Shown here: piece after piece, positions 38,891 through 54,403 of the stretch | Layout of the letters: each line of letters opens with the position of its first letter | How positions within the stretch are numbered: the first letter of the stretch is position 1 | Assembly: GCA_951406725.2 (NCBI GenBank) | Contig: OX597840.1 | Coordinates: forward strand, 16,492,001-16,556,000 | DNA length: 64,000 nt | Source of the DNA: Octopus vulgaris | Lineage: Eukaryota | Reading direction: 5' to 3' | Program-made: the position numbers and the translations under genes | The notes under the pieces: generated by a model | The model's input: the letters and a program-made list of their open reading frames with translations, nothing else | Told to the model about the DNA's origin: nothing | The model's database searches: none

Positions 38891-40546
38891 TATGTATTCA
38901 GTGCCTTGCAGAGGTAATGACTAATGACTAAGACCTTTGGCAATATGTTGTACTTGAGAAGGCCTGTCAAGCCAAGAGAAATCGGAGTCATGGCTGATGC
39001 TGGTGTCTTGTAACTAGCACCCCTGCTAGTGGTATGTAAAAAGCATCTTTTGAGCATTGGGCCTCATGGAGAAAAGCTCCTTTTGAGTGTTGGGCTTCAT
39101 AGAGGTAATGACGAATGACCGAGATCTTTGGCATTATGTCGTGAAGAAGACCGGGAGAGCAGATTGCTGATCGTAAGATTGTCATTTCAATTCCTGGATC
39201 AGGCGACACATTGTGTTCTCGAGCAAAACACTTCATTTCATGTTGCTCCAGTCCATTCAGCTGGCAAGAATGAGTAACTCTGTGACAGATTGGTGTCCCA
39301 TCCAGGTGGGGAATATATATGCCATTGAAACTGGGAAACTGGCCCTCATGAACCTGGCTTGGCTTGAGAAGGAAATATTTATTATTATTTTCTAGATAAG
39401 TAAATGAAAGAGATCACCTGAGGAGGCAGAGTAGCAGTATTTCTGGGTGATGGGATTGATAGAAAAATGGCTTGTGTGCAGCGAGCTGGCAGAAACGTTA
39501 GCATGCCGGGTGAAATGCTTAGTGGTATTTCGTCTGCTGTTACGTTCTGAGTTCAAATTCCGCTGAGGTCGACTTTACTTTTCATCCTTTCGGGGTCGAT
39601 AAATTAAGAACCATTTGTGCACTGTGGTCGATGTAATCGACTTAATCCCTTTGTCTGTCCTTGTTTGTCACCTCTATGTTTAGCCCCTTGTGGGCAATAA
39701 AAAAATAAGAAAAATAGCTTGTTTGGGAGCTAAGGAGGGGACCGATTGGATAGACATCTTCCAAGTGTGGGTGACGTGTGGGGGAGAAGGAGGCAGAGGA
39801 AGGTGTAAGTCAAAGGAAAGAAGAAGGAAGATGAGGAGGACAAGAGGAAATAGATGAGAAGGATGCGTCTGAGGTAAGCGGCTTGTTACGTCATTCCCCT
39901 GGGCAAATAGGTGGAGTCATTGGTAATCTCGTTGTAGGGCTACACAGTAACAACAATAAACTTCAAGATCACCAACACCAGTAGCACTACTGTCATAATC
40001 ACCAATACACCACCATCACCCCCGCAACAGCCAACGCACTGCCACCGCCATCACTGCCTTCGCTCCCACCTCCGTCAACGCTGCCACCACAACCAGCACA
40101 AACAATGAAGCCAATTTTGCTAAGAACTATTTTATTTTGTATGAGAGCAAAAATGAATGAAAGGAAAGAAATGTTGTGATCTAAATATAGAGTTGGGTCA
40201 CTAGGGACATCTACTATAACAAGGAGGTAGTAAAGATAAGGTGTAAGAAGGTGGTGAAAGGGAGAGAGAGGGAAGAGGAAACAGGGCGGAGCAGTGAGAC
40301 AAAGGATATATAAACTATGAAACATTTTGAATGTAATAAGGCGATAAATGTTCCTCCCAGCCATTCTTAAGTAGCATGGGTGTGGGCATGGTTGTGCAGT
40401 TAAGGAGTTTGCTTTGCAATCACTCGGTTTCAAGTTCAGTCCCACTACACAGCACCTTGGCCAACCAATGTGTTGTGTTGTGAGTGAATTTTGTTCAATG
40501 GAAACTGTTTACAACCTTGTCACACATGTGCACACAAAAACACACT

Positions 40547-40603
<57 letters not shown>

Positions 40604-40819
40604 GCATCCAGCTGTAGAAACACTGCCAGATCTGACTGGCCTGGTGCAGCCTTCGGGCTCCCCAGACTCCAGTTGAACCGTCCAACCCATGCTAGCATGG
40701 AAAGCGGACGTTAAATGAGGATGATGATGATGATGATGATGATATATATATATATATATATATTGTTTGTTAGTACTCCACCTGCCTTCTTCTTTTATTT
40801 ATTTTCGTAAACCTTCCCG

Positions 40820-40871
<52 letters not shown>

Positions 40872-40982
40872 TTCTGGGTTTAGTCCCACTGTGTGGCACC
40901 TTGTGCAAGCGTCTTCTACTATAGCCTTGGGCCAACCATAGCCTTGTGAGTGGATTTGGTAGATGGAAACTGAAAGAAGCCT

Positions 40983-41029
<47 letters not shown>

Positions 41030-42877
41030 TGTGTGTATATTTGTGTGTGTGTGTTTGTCCCCCCACCATCACTTGGCAACCGATGTTGGCGTGTTTATGT
41101 CCTCATAACTTAGTGGTTTCGGTGAAATTGACCAAGAGAATAAGTACTAGGCAGTTTGTTTGACTAAAGGTAGTGCTCCTGCATGGCTGTAGTCAAATGG
41201 CTGAAACATGTAAAAGAATAAAAGTATATATATATATACATACATACACACAAGTATATAGTCAAATGTGCATAAAACAAAAGACAGAGACAAGTGAGGG
41301 AACAACAGGCAGGTGTATAGTTTGACACTGAGACAGAATGGAAAAGTCTTTGATGTTTTGAGCCTAAGCTCTTTGATAGAATGAAATGAAGAAGGGAAAT
41401 GAACAGAGAAAAAAACTCAGAGAGAGGAAAATAGAAGCAAACCGTGTTTGGATTAACAGTCTCACATATCAAACTGACTGGAAGTAGTTGAATGGGAGGA
41501 GAGGTGTGTATTTGAAGATGAAGTGTGTGAGTGTGTGTGTGTATGGGCAAGTGTGTGTGTATGTTGACAAGCATAAGACTATGTGAGCCTTTGTGTGTGT
41601 GTAATGCATATATGTATGTATATGTGTGTGAATGAGTTTGTCCCCCCCCCCCTCATTGTTTCACAACTATTATTGGTTTGTTAATGTCCCTCTACTTTAG
41701 TGCTTTAGCAAAAGAGACTGATAGAGTACATCTCAGACTTTAAAAAGTTATATATATTTTAAGCTATAAACATTTTAAGGTAGGGCTTTAGTATGGCTGT
41801 AGACCAATGGCTGAAACGAATAAACGAATAAACGATAAATACATAACCATGGTAACGACAGAAGAAAACTAACAACAACAACAACAACTAATGCTGCTCC
41901 TGCTGCAGTTTGAGAAAATCCCTTCATTAATAAATGCAGTCAGTCTTACCAGTGTGTTCAATATACTACACGTGGTGGATTGACCAGCATGCTGGAAATA
42001 GCAGCCAAACCTCACAGAAATAAACCAATATCACCTCTACCTCATCTTACTGTCATTTTGTATATAAATTATGAAGTCCGGCGAGGGAAGGTTTGGCACA
42101 CAGTTCTGGAAACGGATAAGGTGGGGAGTTGAAAGTCAAGGGCCTGATTGTTTTTGATTTAACTCTTGTTTCTGCAATTTGATTTAACTCTTGTTTCTGC
42201 AATAATATCCTGTACAATCCTGTACAATCTCAACCAACTTAAAATAGTAGCGAAATCTTCACACAAATTGCACACTACTGTTTAGTAGAGACAACCAACA
42301 CTGGAATTGCAGGGATGGTCATGGCTTCAATATTAAATACTGTCTTGAGTTTAGGATTCATAGGACTGGTTACTTTGGTTTCTGAAATTTCTGGCCTTGT
42401 GCCAAAATTTGAAACTATTATTATTAAAATTATTATTATTGAGAGATCAGCAAGATTTGAACTCAGAGCAGGAAGCCCCCCATTCACAAAATACCACAAA
42501 GCAGCTTTCTTGAATGTTGTAATGACTAAAATGTCACTATTGCTATAATTTTTAATTAATTAATTAATTAATATCAATTAGCTGCAGCATTTTTCAGAAG
42601 TGAAGTGGGAGATTCCATACAGCAATTCTACTGAGTTACTGGTTGTATTATGGTAATTAAGAAAGGTTAACCATCTTGGAATTTAGAATAATTGGATATT
42701 GGCTGATTATTGATAAGGATAGGTTTAGGCACAGACCAAAAAGTGAGCAGGACTAATATCTGTAAATATTAAAGCTAATCTTTATATTTCCTCATACATA
42801 CATCAAACACATGCATTTTCTAATACATTAAACAAACTGAAAAACATCTCAGATAAGTAGTCAAAGATGTATACCTG

Positions 42878-43100
42878 CAGTAATTTTGTCAAACACATCT
42901 GGACAGCAATTTTTGTCAAACACAACTGGACAGTAATTTTATCAAACATATCTGGACACTAAATTTGTCAGACACATCTGGATAAAAAATTTATTGAACA
43001 CAACTTGACAATAATTTTTGCCAAATATATCTCGACAGTAATCCTATTGAACACTTCTGGACAGACATTTTGCATCAGGGTAGTAATTTTATCAGACATG
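42878..43100. repeat. ~26-bp degenerate minisatellite (CAGTAATTTTGTCAAACACATCTGGA), about 8 copies
   Basis: Direct reading of successive units. Confidence 0.85.
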
Positions 43101-43797
43101 ACTAAACCGCAATTTCATTGAACGCAGAATATGTAATTGATATTTTATAATATTTCTGTATTCCATATAATTTATATATTAATAATATTAATATTTTTCT
43201 TTTTTCCTCTTTGTCTTCCCCCACCCTCACTTTTTCTGTTTCCTCTCTCCTATTTACTTCACTCTCTCTTTTCCTCTCTCCCTGAACCCTTTTTTGTCTC
43301 TTTTCCTCTACACTCATCTCCCTTATCTTTTCTTTCTTCCTCAACTTTACTATCTCTCTCTTTCCACACCTTAACTTCTCATATCTCTCTCTCTCTTTCA
43401 TGTCTCCCTCTTCCACCCCTTTCTCTATTCTTCTCCCCCATCACATCTCTATCTCTCCTCCTCCACCCTCTCCTCTCTCCTTCCCTCCTTCCCCATCTCA
43501 TCTCTATCTTCTCTCTCCCCTCTCCTCCTCCTCCCTGTCTCCTTCCCCATCTTATCTCTATCTCTTTTCTCTCCTCTCCTCTCTTCCCCATCACTGTATT
43601 CTTTTTCTCCTATCTCATCTCTATCTCTTCACTCTCATCCCCCTTTCTCCCCCTTCTCTCCCTCTCCCTCCTTTCCCATCTTTATTTCTTTCTCTTCCCC
43701 TCTCTTCCCTCCTCCCCCTTCCATCATTCTCTGTATTCTTCTCCCCCGCATCTCATCTATATCTCTTCTCTCTCATCCTCCCCCCTCTCCCTGTCAG

Positions 43798-43881
43798 TCT
43801 GCCATGGGTTACGTGTATGGTGAAACAGACAGAGACAACTATTTGTTACGGAACCACACCAATGGTAAACTGAAGAGTCAG
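43798..43881 (+). CDS. PTGS: COX-like gene, exon equivalent to PTGS2 exon 6
   Basis: Long CT-rich tract + gtcag acceptor, gtaagg donor. SAMGYVYGETDRDNYLLRNHTNGKLKSQ vs COX [28 protein letters not shown]. 84 nt, phase 0-0. Confidence 0.92.
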
Positions 43882-43913
43882 GTAAGGAAAGCCTCTTTGT
43901 GTACGTGTGCATG

Positions 43914-43958
<45 letters not shown>

Positions 43959-45054
43959 ATATGATGATAAAGGGATTTTTTGGTTCCAGGACTCCTCAAA
44001 AGGTATCTAAGTCATTGTCATTCTTAGATCTGCCTTGATCACAAGTTCGATTCCTGGAGAGGGCAGTGGGTTTCTGTCCTTGAGCAGGGCTCTTCATTCC
44101 ACATTGTTTCAGTCCAGTCAGCTGACAATGAATACCAGTGACATCTGGATGGTGGCGTTGGCGTTGGTGGGGATGTGATTGATGATAGTGGGGGATGGTG
44201 GTGCTGCTGTAGTTGTTGGGGGTGTCAAAACCAGATGGTGATAATCTGCCCACCCCCACCTGTGTACAGATACAACCCTGTTCCACCTGGCATGCTTCTG
44301 CATCGTTTCCCCTTTACCAAATCCCATGCCACCAGCCAGAGTTCAGCTTAAAGCCACAATGGAAAATATCTTCTCGTCCAAGATTCCTTGAAGCAACATT
44401 GTGAAGTTAGCTTCTTGATCACACAAGCATGTCTGTTCCTATGGACCTCGCTAATTGCATGTAAAGGGGTGCGTTTGCGGTTTCTGTTCATCCCTAAAAT
44501 GAACAGAAATAACATTAAAGACATCCCATCCATGACCATATTGCCTTTTTCCTATATGGTGTTCAGAACCATATCAATCAGCACCCCTCTTTCTCTCTCT
44601 TTGAGGCAGCAGGGTGTGCTTTGAGGGAGATTTCGTTGCTACTTATAGCAGGTCAAATGACCACATAGAGCAGCGTTTCTCAACCATGTTTTCCCTACGG
44701 ACCTTTTTGGTTTCTATTTTACTCAGAGGTGGTGCTGATGATGATGATAGTGGAAGCGTTACTGTTGTTGTTATTGGTGGTGGTGGTGTTATAGGTGTCA
44801 AGGTATTGGTCACTCTCTGACAGGTTTATGGTCAAGCCTGTAGCAGCAAAGACCACCGACATTCTCAGCCCCCCTGGATCATATCTCTGTTCACTGCTAT
44901 AGGGGTGGATATAGCTGTATGCAAATATGAGCTCTGTGAGTCCAGAGTGGTTGTTCCAGCACATCCCCCTCACCATTTTTCTGGGCAATGCCTTTTCCAT
45001 TTTGTCTTTGGAACCATGAAGCCTTACTCCATATAGTTGTACATATACGTATAC

Positions 45055-45612
45055 TCTCTCTACTCTTTTACTTGTTTCAGTCATGTGATTTTGGCCATGC
45101 TGGAGCACTGCCTTTAGTCAAGCAAATTGACCCCAGGACTTATTCTTTGTAGGCCTAGTACTTATTCTTTTGGGGTCTTTTGCTGAACCGCTAAGTTATG
45201 GGGATGTAAACATACCAGAATTGGTTGTCAAGTGATGTTGGGAGGACAAACACAGACACACAAACACATACACACACATACATATATATATATCATCATC
45301 ATCATCATCGTTTAATGTCCGCTTTCCATGCTAGCATGGGTTGGACGATTTGACTGAGGTCTGGTGAACCAGATGGCTGCACCAGACTCCAATCTGATTG
45401 GGCAGTTTCTACAGCTGGATGCCCTTCCTAACACCAATCACTGGGTGCTTTTATGTGCCACTGGCATGAGGGCCAGTCAGGCGGTACTGGCAAAAGCCAT
45501 GGTCAAATGGCTACCTGCAACAGGAACTAGTCCAGGGGCACTGGCAATGACCTCGCTCGAATGTTTTTTCATGTGCCACCAGCACAAGTGCCAGTAAGGC
45601 GACGCAGGTAAC

Positions 45613-45647
<35 letters not shown>

Positions 45648-46050
45648 GTATATATGACGGGCTCCTTTCATTTCTGTCTACCATATCCACTTACAAGGTT
45701 TTGGCCGGCCTGAGGCTATAGTAGAAGACACTTGCCCAAGGTGCCACGCAGTGGGACTGAACCTGGAACCATGTAGTTTGTAAGCAAGCTACTTACCTAT
45801 TTCTTTATTACCCACAAGGGGCTAAACACAGAGGGGACAAACAAGGACAGACATAGGTATTAAGTCGATTACATCGACCCCAGTGCGTAACTGGTACTTA
45901 ATTTATCGACCCCAAAAGGATGAAAGGCAAAGTCGACCTCGGCGGAATTTGAACTCATAACGTAACGGCAGACGAAATACTGCTAAGCATTTCGCCCGGC
46001 ATGCTAACGTTTCTGCCAGCTAGCCGCCTTACCACACAGCCACTCCTGCA
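45055..46050 (-). mobile_element. Nested SINE cluster: family A SINE containing an RTE-tail copy and a family B SINE
   Basis: Family A halves are interrupted by an RTE tail (about 45292-45615) in the microsatellite and by a family B SINE (45798-46027) with CTTACC TSD (45792-45797, 46028-46033). Confidence 0.8.
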
Positions 46051-47873
46051 TATATATATATGTATATATATATATAATTTGAAAACCAAGAGGAGGGTGA
46101 AGATTTATTCCCATCCAAAGTGTTTTTATTAAAATGTTTCCTACTGCATATATAACAATGACCAACATCTGTTTCTACTGCAGCAACTGCACATTGCTCT
46201 GTATTCAATTATGCATCCTAGTCACTGCAATTTCATCAAGGGTCCATCACTTATGACATTTTCAAAGTAAACTAATTCAAACAAGCTTCCTGTGTTGGTA
46301 TTCAGTTGAAGGTTATAGTAAAACCAATAAAACAATAAAAAAATAAGTGTTCCAATGATGCTGAAGTGAAAATATATTCAAGAACAAAGATTTAACGAAA
46401 ATATTTTTTATCAGAATTTTACTCAGATGAAGCCCCACATTAAGATAAAAAATTCATTATATTTTGATAATTCAATATTATTAGGAATTGTATAAAAAGA
46501 AAAACTTTTTATGATATTTTGTGTGTTGTATGAAGGGGTGCTGAAAGGTTCATGGCTCTCAGTAAAAGAAACTACAGAATTATCTGTTAATTATCATATT
46601 ATTAAACTTGTAAAAGAACTCAGGAAGTTTTGTCTCCAACCAGGCCTTTTGCAACACCCTTAAAACCAGCACATCCTTTTAGATGTATAACAAATTAACA
46701 ACTACATCTTATATGAACCCCCCAAACCATGTAGATCCCCAAGGGCTTTTATGGACCCCCAAGTGGGATATGGGCCCACAAAGAGCCATATGGATCCCAT
46801 TTGAGAACCACTGACAGAGAAGCTTCCTGTTGATTAGACATGAAATTGTTTTGTACATAGAGGTATGAATGTGTGTGTATGTATGTGTATGTTTGTGTGG
46901 GGGTGGGTGAACTTATGCGTGAAGAGGCATGTGTAGTTATATGTATATGTGTGTGTGTCTGTAAAAGTATGTGGGATGAAGTATATATGTGAATGTGGTT
47001 ATGCAGAGAGAGAGAGATGTGAGAGCAGATATTGTGTGGGTGTACTCAGATAACTCAGGAGTAATTAGACACCCAGGCCTCATATCATTTTTTAATCTCT
47101 GTGGACACTACAGTGATACCCAAACAGGTTGTATCATCAAAAGCTGCTCAACAAGGTATGTCTACTAAATTTGTAGACTAAATATCAAATATTTTGTTTC
47201 AAGAAATGAATCCTTCAAATTAAAACAAAAAAAACCCAACAAAAAAATGTGTATATATGTGAAGTTGTATTTATGTATCTATGTGTGTAAAGATACGTAG
47301 GTGTGTGTGGGTGTGGGTGTGTGATTTAATTATGTCTGTAGTGTGGGAGTGGATTCTTGCATTGTTAAGTGAAACCACAAGAAGGGTTGTGTTTGTGTGC
47401 AAAGTGGTTTATGTTTGTCTTTGTGTGTGTGTGTGTGTATGCAAACATATACTCACTCCCCTCCCCACATGTATGGAGTGGCTGTGTGGTAAGAAGCTTG
47501 CTTCTTAACCACATGGTTCTGGGTCCAGTTCCACTGCATGACACCTTGGGCAAGTATCATCTACCATAGCCTGGAGCTGACCAAAGCCTTGTGAGTGAAT
47601 TTGGTAGACAGAAACTGAAAGAAGCCCGTCATATATATGTGTGTGTGTATGTGTGTGTGTATGTATGTATTTGTGTGTCTGTGTTTGTCCCCCCAGCTAT
47701 CACTTGATAACCGATGTTGGTGTGTCTCCGTAACTTAGCAGTTCGCCAAAAGAGACCAATAGAACAAGTACTAGGCTTACAAAGAATAAGTCCCAAGGTC
47801 GATTTGTTCGATCAAAGGCAGTGCTCCAGCATGGCCACAGTCAGATAACTGAAACAAGTAAAAGAATAAAAGA

Positions 47874-47906
<33 letters not shown>

Positions 47907-48129
47907 TATATACGTGGCACTCTGTTGGTTACAATGAAGAGGGTTCCAGTTGATCTGATCAATGGAACAGCCTGCTTGTGAAATTAATGTGCAAGTGGCT
48001 GAGCACTCCATAGACACGTGTACCCTTAACATAGTTCTTGAGGAGATTCAGTGTGACACAGAGTGTGACAAAGACCGGCCCTTTGAAATACAGGTACAAC
48101 AAAAACAGGAAGTAAGAGTGAGAGAAAGT

Positions 48130-48819
48130 TGTGAAAGTGTTCAGAATTTGTCCATAGAGCAGCGGAAGAATATTATTTTCTCAGATGAGTCATCCTTTAC
48201 CTTATTTCTGACCAGCAGCTGAGTATATGTTTGGAGACAGCCAAAAGAAGCATTTGACTCAGACTGCCTTCTTCCAACTGTTATTCATGGAGGAGGATCT
48301 GTGGTGATCTGGGCGGGTGCTATATCCTGGAAATCCACAGGCCCTATGGCTTCCCTTCATGGCACAATTAATAGTCAAGACTATTTAAGCATTTTATCTG
48401 ATCAAATTCATTCTATGGTTGCGGAACTGTTTCTGGAGGGAAACGTAATCTTTCAGGATGATAATGCACCAATTGACACAGCTAAAGTTGTTACTGAATG
48501 GCATGAAGAGCATTCTAATGAAGCTGAACATCTTATCTGGCCACCACAGTCCCCAGATCTCAATATTATTGAACATTTATGGTGCATTTTAGAAAAACAA
48601 ATAAGGTACCGATATCCTCTACCGTCATCACAACATGAACTAGAGACTGTTTTAGCTGAAGAATGGACAAAAATTCCTTTGGAAACAATTCAAAGTTTGT
48701 ACGAGTCCTTACCTCATAGAATTCAAGCTGTAATTACTGCCAAAGGCAGTCCTACCCCATATTAAAATAAATTTGCTTGAAATTTTAAGGTGTTACCATT
48801 ATTTTGTCCAACCCCTGTA
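48130..48819 (+). mobile_element. Tc1-like transposase 3' half with right TIR
   Basis: IIFSDESSFTLF, FQDDNAPID, WPPQSPDLNIIEHLW, KGSPTPY; ends ATTTTGTCCAACCCCTG-TA. Confidence 0.85.
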
Positions 48820-48836
48820 AACATATATATATATAC

Positions 48837-48949
<113 letters not shown>

Positions 48950-49582
48950 GTAAATGAATAATATCATACGATGATTAGTTGTCAGCTGTTTCTTTTGTAA
49001 CATTTTAATAGAAGAATGAGAACGTTCTTATTCTTCTATTAAAAGAAACAGTTATAATGAGGTGACAATTATCCATTGTTTGTTCTTCATTTGATTGTAA
49101 TACACCAAGGGAATTTACGACTTGTCAAACACCCTACACTATACCAACAACATACTATTCAAAGTAACGTGTGATTTGGACCAGCCCCTTAGGCACTAAA
49201 AACTTTTAGGATTGGTTTTCTCTGTGTACACAAAGGAAATATCCTGTTTGATACTCACCAGTCATAGGCCAGAATCACAGAAATTACCCAACCCTACCCG
49301 GAACATATCTTTTCAAGTGCCTGGTTCTATCTGAATCCTTATCCTACTATAAAATACAGTGTACATTTAAACACGTTAAGAGGTTTCCATCATAGGACTC
49401 CCTTATGCTAGAAGGGACAGCTAAAGTCCAAACCACCTAATTAGGGATAAATTCTCGAAGGGAACATTTACCATCTATTTCCTGGACCATGGTTTCTGAC
49501 TTATTTTAGCAAATAAAATAATTTGCCAGGTGAAGTCTTTGTCAACAGGTACGCCAAGATTAAACATGTATATATATGTATA

Positions 49583-49622
<40 letters not shown>

Positions 49623-52600
49623 ATATACAGGGTATGGTGAATACATTCTTGTCTAAATTACACAAAAATGAAAATAACATGGACATCTCATTTTAACAGA
49701 TAAAATCGTTCTCCTTGTTTAAGATGGTGAATGCTGCTATAATCCTTGCCTTCAGTTCATCTTTGGTTTTATAAGGAGTATATAGTTGTGTACTAATGGA
49801 GCTGGTTTCTGTTGGGATGTTTCTGGATGGGATGCTAGTCCATTGTAGGATGACTCGCTTTTGTCAGCTGAGTGGACTGGAGCAATGTGAAATGAAATGT
49901 TTTGCTCAAGAACACAACACTACCTGGTCCAGGAATTGAAACCACAGTCTTCCAATTATGAATCCAACACTGTCACCACTAAGCCATGCACTTTCACCTT
50001 GTATTTGTGTGCATGTGTGTTTGTGTTTTTGTGAGTCTGAGTATATCCTTATATATGTATGTAGGTGTGCAGATATACGTGTGTATGTATATATATATAT
50101 TTTTCTACTCTATGCACAAGCCTCGAAATTTTTGGGGAGATAGGTCAGTCGATTGAAGTGACCCCAGTATGCAACTGGTACTTAATTTATCGAACCCCGA
50201 AAGGATGAAAAGCAAAGTCGACTTCAGCGGAATTTGAACTCAAAACGTAAAGACAGATGAAATACCACTAAGCATTTTGCCCGGCATGCTAACGTTTCTG
50301 CCAGCTCAACACCTTCACTGTTTTATATATTTTTGTTTGCACAGTATGGTCAAATGGTTAAGAAACCCACTTTGCTAGTACAATGTCCTGGGTTCAATCC
50401 CAGTGCATGGCATCCTGAGCTAGTGTAGTTTTCTATAACCTTGTGAATGAAATATTGTTGATGGAAACTCTGTCGAAGCCTCTCGGGTGGATCGTATCCA
50501 TAATTCAAAGCTCCACCCTTGCCACGTACTGTATCACACTGATATAACCTGAGTTTTCCTTTAAGGCTATACATGTCAGTGGAGTATGCAGTCACTTAAT
50601 TGTCAATTTAGCTAGGAGGTAATTCGATCAATAGAACATTTGAATTCTCATCGTCAACTTCGACAAAGGATCTGTCATTTCCCATGATTGTCCAATCTGC
50701 ACCATTCCTGTCCCAAGAGGACGGGATGTGATTTGAGGTACATTTAGCTGGCTGCTATTTCTAGGAGACTGAATAGATCTAACAGAAATAGATGTCCTCA
50801 AAAATGTGTAGTTTCAAATGGTGTTGCCCTGTGGTTGCCCAGTGCCACCTGACCCTCAGATATTTTTAGTGCAATCTACACTGTTGGAAAGTTTGAGAAC
50901 AGGTGTTTGGTTTAAGGATAGCTTTCTCCCCTACCATTGCACCTGACTCAGAGATCTTGGGGGTCATTGCTCTACCTTCACTGACTAAATAAAATCAGTA
51001 ACAAAATCTAGTGGGTCCTATTGTGTCTGTAGTTTTATTGCTTTAACAACAATAACAGCAACAACTTCTATTTAACCAATTAAAGCAGTTTCTGTCTTTT
51101 ATCTTTTATTTTTTACTTGTTTCAGATATTAGATTGTGGCCTTGCTGGAGCAATGCCTTGAAGAAATTTTAGTCAAATTAATCAACCCGTCTTTATTTTC
51201 TTTTTAAACCTGACACTTATTCTATTGGTTTCTTTTGCAACCACATCAGCACCAGTTGTCAAGAGTTGGTGGGCAAGAAATAGATACAAAGACACACACA
51301 TGTTGGCACCCATACTGGTGGCACATAATAAGCACCATTTAAGCGTATGTCAATACCAGTACTGCTTGACTGGCTCCCTGTGATGGTGGCATGTAAAAAG
51401 CCCCATTCAAATATGGTCAATGCCAGTTCCCCACCAACTGGCTCCTCTGCTGGTGGCACATAAAAAGCACCATTCGAACATGGCCGATGCCAGTACTGCC
51501 TGACTGTCTCCTGTGATGGTGGCACACGTAAAAAGCACCCATTACACTCTCGGAGTGGTTGGTGTTAGTAAGGGCATTCAGCTGTAGAAACCTTGCCAGA
51601 TCAGATTGGAGCCTGGTGCAGCCTCCTGGCTTCCTAGTTCCCAGTCAAACCGTCCAACCCATGCCAGCATGGAAAACAGATGTTAAACGATGATGATGAT
51701 GATGATATATATATATACACACACATGACAGGCTTCTTTTAGTTTCTGTGTACAAAATCCAAGGCTTGGGTTGGCCTGAGGCTATTAATAGAAGACATTT
51801 GCTCAAGGTGTCATGAAGTGTGGTCAGGAAGCAAGCTTCTTACAACACAGCCACACCTGCGCCTACACACAATTACTTACCTCACAGCCACACCTGTGTC
51901 TATGCAATTACTGAACAGTTAAAATTAGTAGTGAAAGGGTGGAGTGTTTGATGAAAGAATAATGTGGGTTTCAAAGAGACAAAGTTATGTCAAAATAAAC
52001 CATAAACCAGAGATGAATGACGTTGTGAAAGAAGACACTTAAAAATATACTGGTGTAAAAATAGTGATAAATAAATAAAACTGATAGAATAAGTAAAGGA
52101 TGAAGACTCTGTTTGGTCATGAATGACCATGGGATTGCACCTAGGCACAAGTCTGGGCAAGGTTGTTTATGGAAGACCAGCAGTTGCCCATGCATACTGG
52201 TCTCCCCTTTCCAGGTCCCTGATGTTATCCAAGAGAAAGGCAAAGGCCATGATAAAGCTTGGCACCAGTGATGTTTCAACTCATTTCTACAACTGAGTGA
52301 ACTGAAGCAACATGAAATAAAGTGTCTTGCTCAAGAACACAACATGCAGCCTGGTCCAGAAATTGAACTAGCTACTTCATGATTGTGAGCCCAACACTGT
52401 AACCACTGAGCTATGTACCTTCACATGATAGAATAAGTACTGGGCTTAAAAATAAAAGTCCTGGGGTTGATTTCTTAGGCTAAAACACTTCAAGGCAGTG
52501 CCCCAGCATGGCCACTGTCAAATGACTGAAAGAAGTAAAAGACGTGTGTCTATATAGGGGCTAGTACCTTGTTAAAAGCACCCTGTAAAGTGGTTGGTGT

Positions 52601-54403
52601 TAGGAAGGGCAGCAGCTGTAGAAACCAAACCAAAACAGACTATGGAACCTGGTGTGGCTCCTAGCCTTGCTAGTTCCTGTCAAGCCGTCCAACCCATGCC
52701 AGTATCAAAAACAGATAAGAGTTGATAATGATGATGTTTTTTGTTTGGCAGAAAAGATGTATATATGCCAGAATTGTTCATGTTGATGTTAACATTTTCA
52801 TTCAAGGAATTTAAGATGGCATTTTTTAATGTTAAAACATTGTTAACCCTGCATGCATAAGTGAAGCAGGGTTATTGTTGTCACTCGTCTGCTTGTGTGT
52901 TTGCAAAATTACTGGAAAACGGCTTAACGGATTTTGACCAAATTTGGCAGAAATACTCATTGGGTTAGTGGCTTGCACTCATTAAATTTTGGTTTGATTG
53001 TCTTTTAAACTAGCAGATGCGTGAATTAAAATGTTTTTCTTTTCTTTTCTATGCATAGACTATAAGCAGGGGAAATAACCCTTGATGTCATTTTGTTGAA
53101 ATATGAATTTGTTTGAGAATATATTTATTGAATTAAATTTTATTCTATCCTTGTGTGCACAAGGATATGCATTGCTGCTCCGTTGCCTTATTTTTTTCAT
53201 TGTGTTCTTTTTTACTCATGTTCAAATGTTATTATCTTGTCATGCAATTCAACAACTATTCTCTTGTCTTCATGTTTGTGAACTAAGTTATCTTGTTCAT
53301 TATTAATTTTCCTTTGTAGGTACATAGCTCATTGCCATTTTCTTGAATGTGGACAAAGTGAAAAAGAAATAATGTTTGTCTAAGTACATAACAAACATAT
53401 TTTTCTTTCTGTAAACTTTGTATGAATAAACTCTAAACTTTCAAAAGCTATTTGTATGTCAGCAAGTTCAACAGAACATTGTTCCAAGCAGTAAAAATCC
53501 TCCGCTTCTAGGAGTGAATAGGAAAAAAAATGTGACTAGGTCAGCAGTAAATAATAGTCTTTTATCTTACTATCGTAGAGGCACATGGCTTAGTTGTTAG
53601 GGTGTTGAACTTATGGTCGTAAGGTTGTGGTTTCTATTCCTGAACCGGATGATGCGTTATGTTCTTGAGCAAAACACTTCATTTCACGTTGCTCCAGTCC
53701 ACTCAGCTGGCAAAAATGAGTAATGCTGCAACGGACCGGTGTCCCCTCCAGGTGGGGAATTCCTACACCACTGAAACCGGCCCTTATGAGCCTGGCATGG
53801 CTTGAGAAGGAACATTTATTTTTTTTTATCTTACTATCACATCCCTTGTATATATATATATATATCTTAGATTGGGCCCTCAACTTTTGATGGAATCATA
53901 GGGATTTTGCTTGATGCATGTTTGAACTGGAGAACAAGCTACTCACTGCATTTTGTCATGGGGAATATATCTCGCTTGTTGACAAGTGGTATGTATAGAC
54001 CTCGTTCAGCTCACAGCACCATTTGCTTAGACTGTGAGATACTAATGCTCCCAGTCATCGTATGGTGACTGAGTCTCTCTTAATGATTTGTCTGGCTATT
54101 CTTTGATATTTTCCATTTGTCTTTTCATCCGCCCACTACACAATTCCTTAAAAAATGGTCCTTACAAGACTGCTGGATCTTGTTACATGGCCATACTGTC
54201 TCAGTTTTGTTTTCTTCACCCCCCCTCCCCACCACTCATGGACTTCCATGTCATTAATTTTTCCTCTTCCCATTGCCTTTGTGTCCGACCCCCTCCTACC
54301 ACCAGCACTAACCACTGTGACCAATTCTTCCTCTCAAACATCATCCTCCCTCCCACTCTTGTCTTTCCATCAGGTGTTAACTTACAAAGGCTCAAGACCA
54401 GCA

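Noticed and set aside
43137-43823. Leu/Ser/Pro-rich 228-aa ORF resembling a membrane protein (also 55657-56112)
   Set aside because: Low-complexity CT-rich intronic tract.
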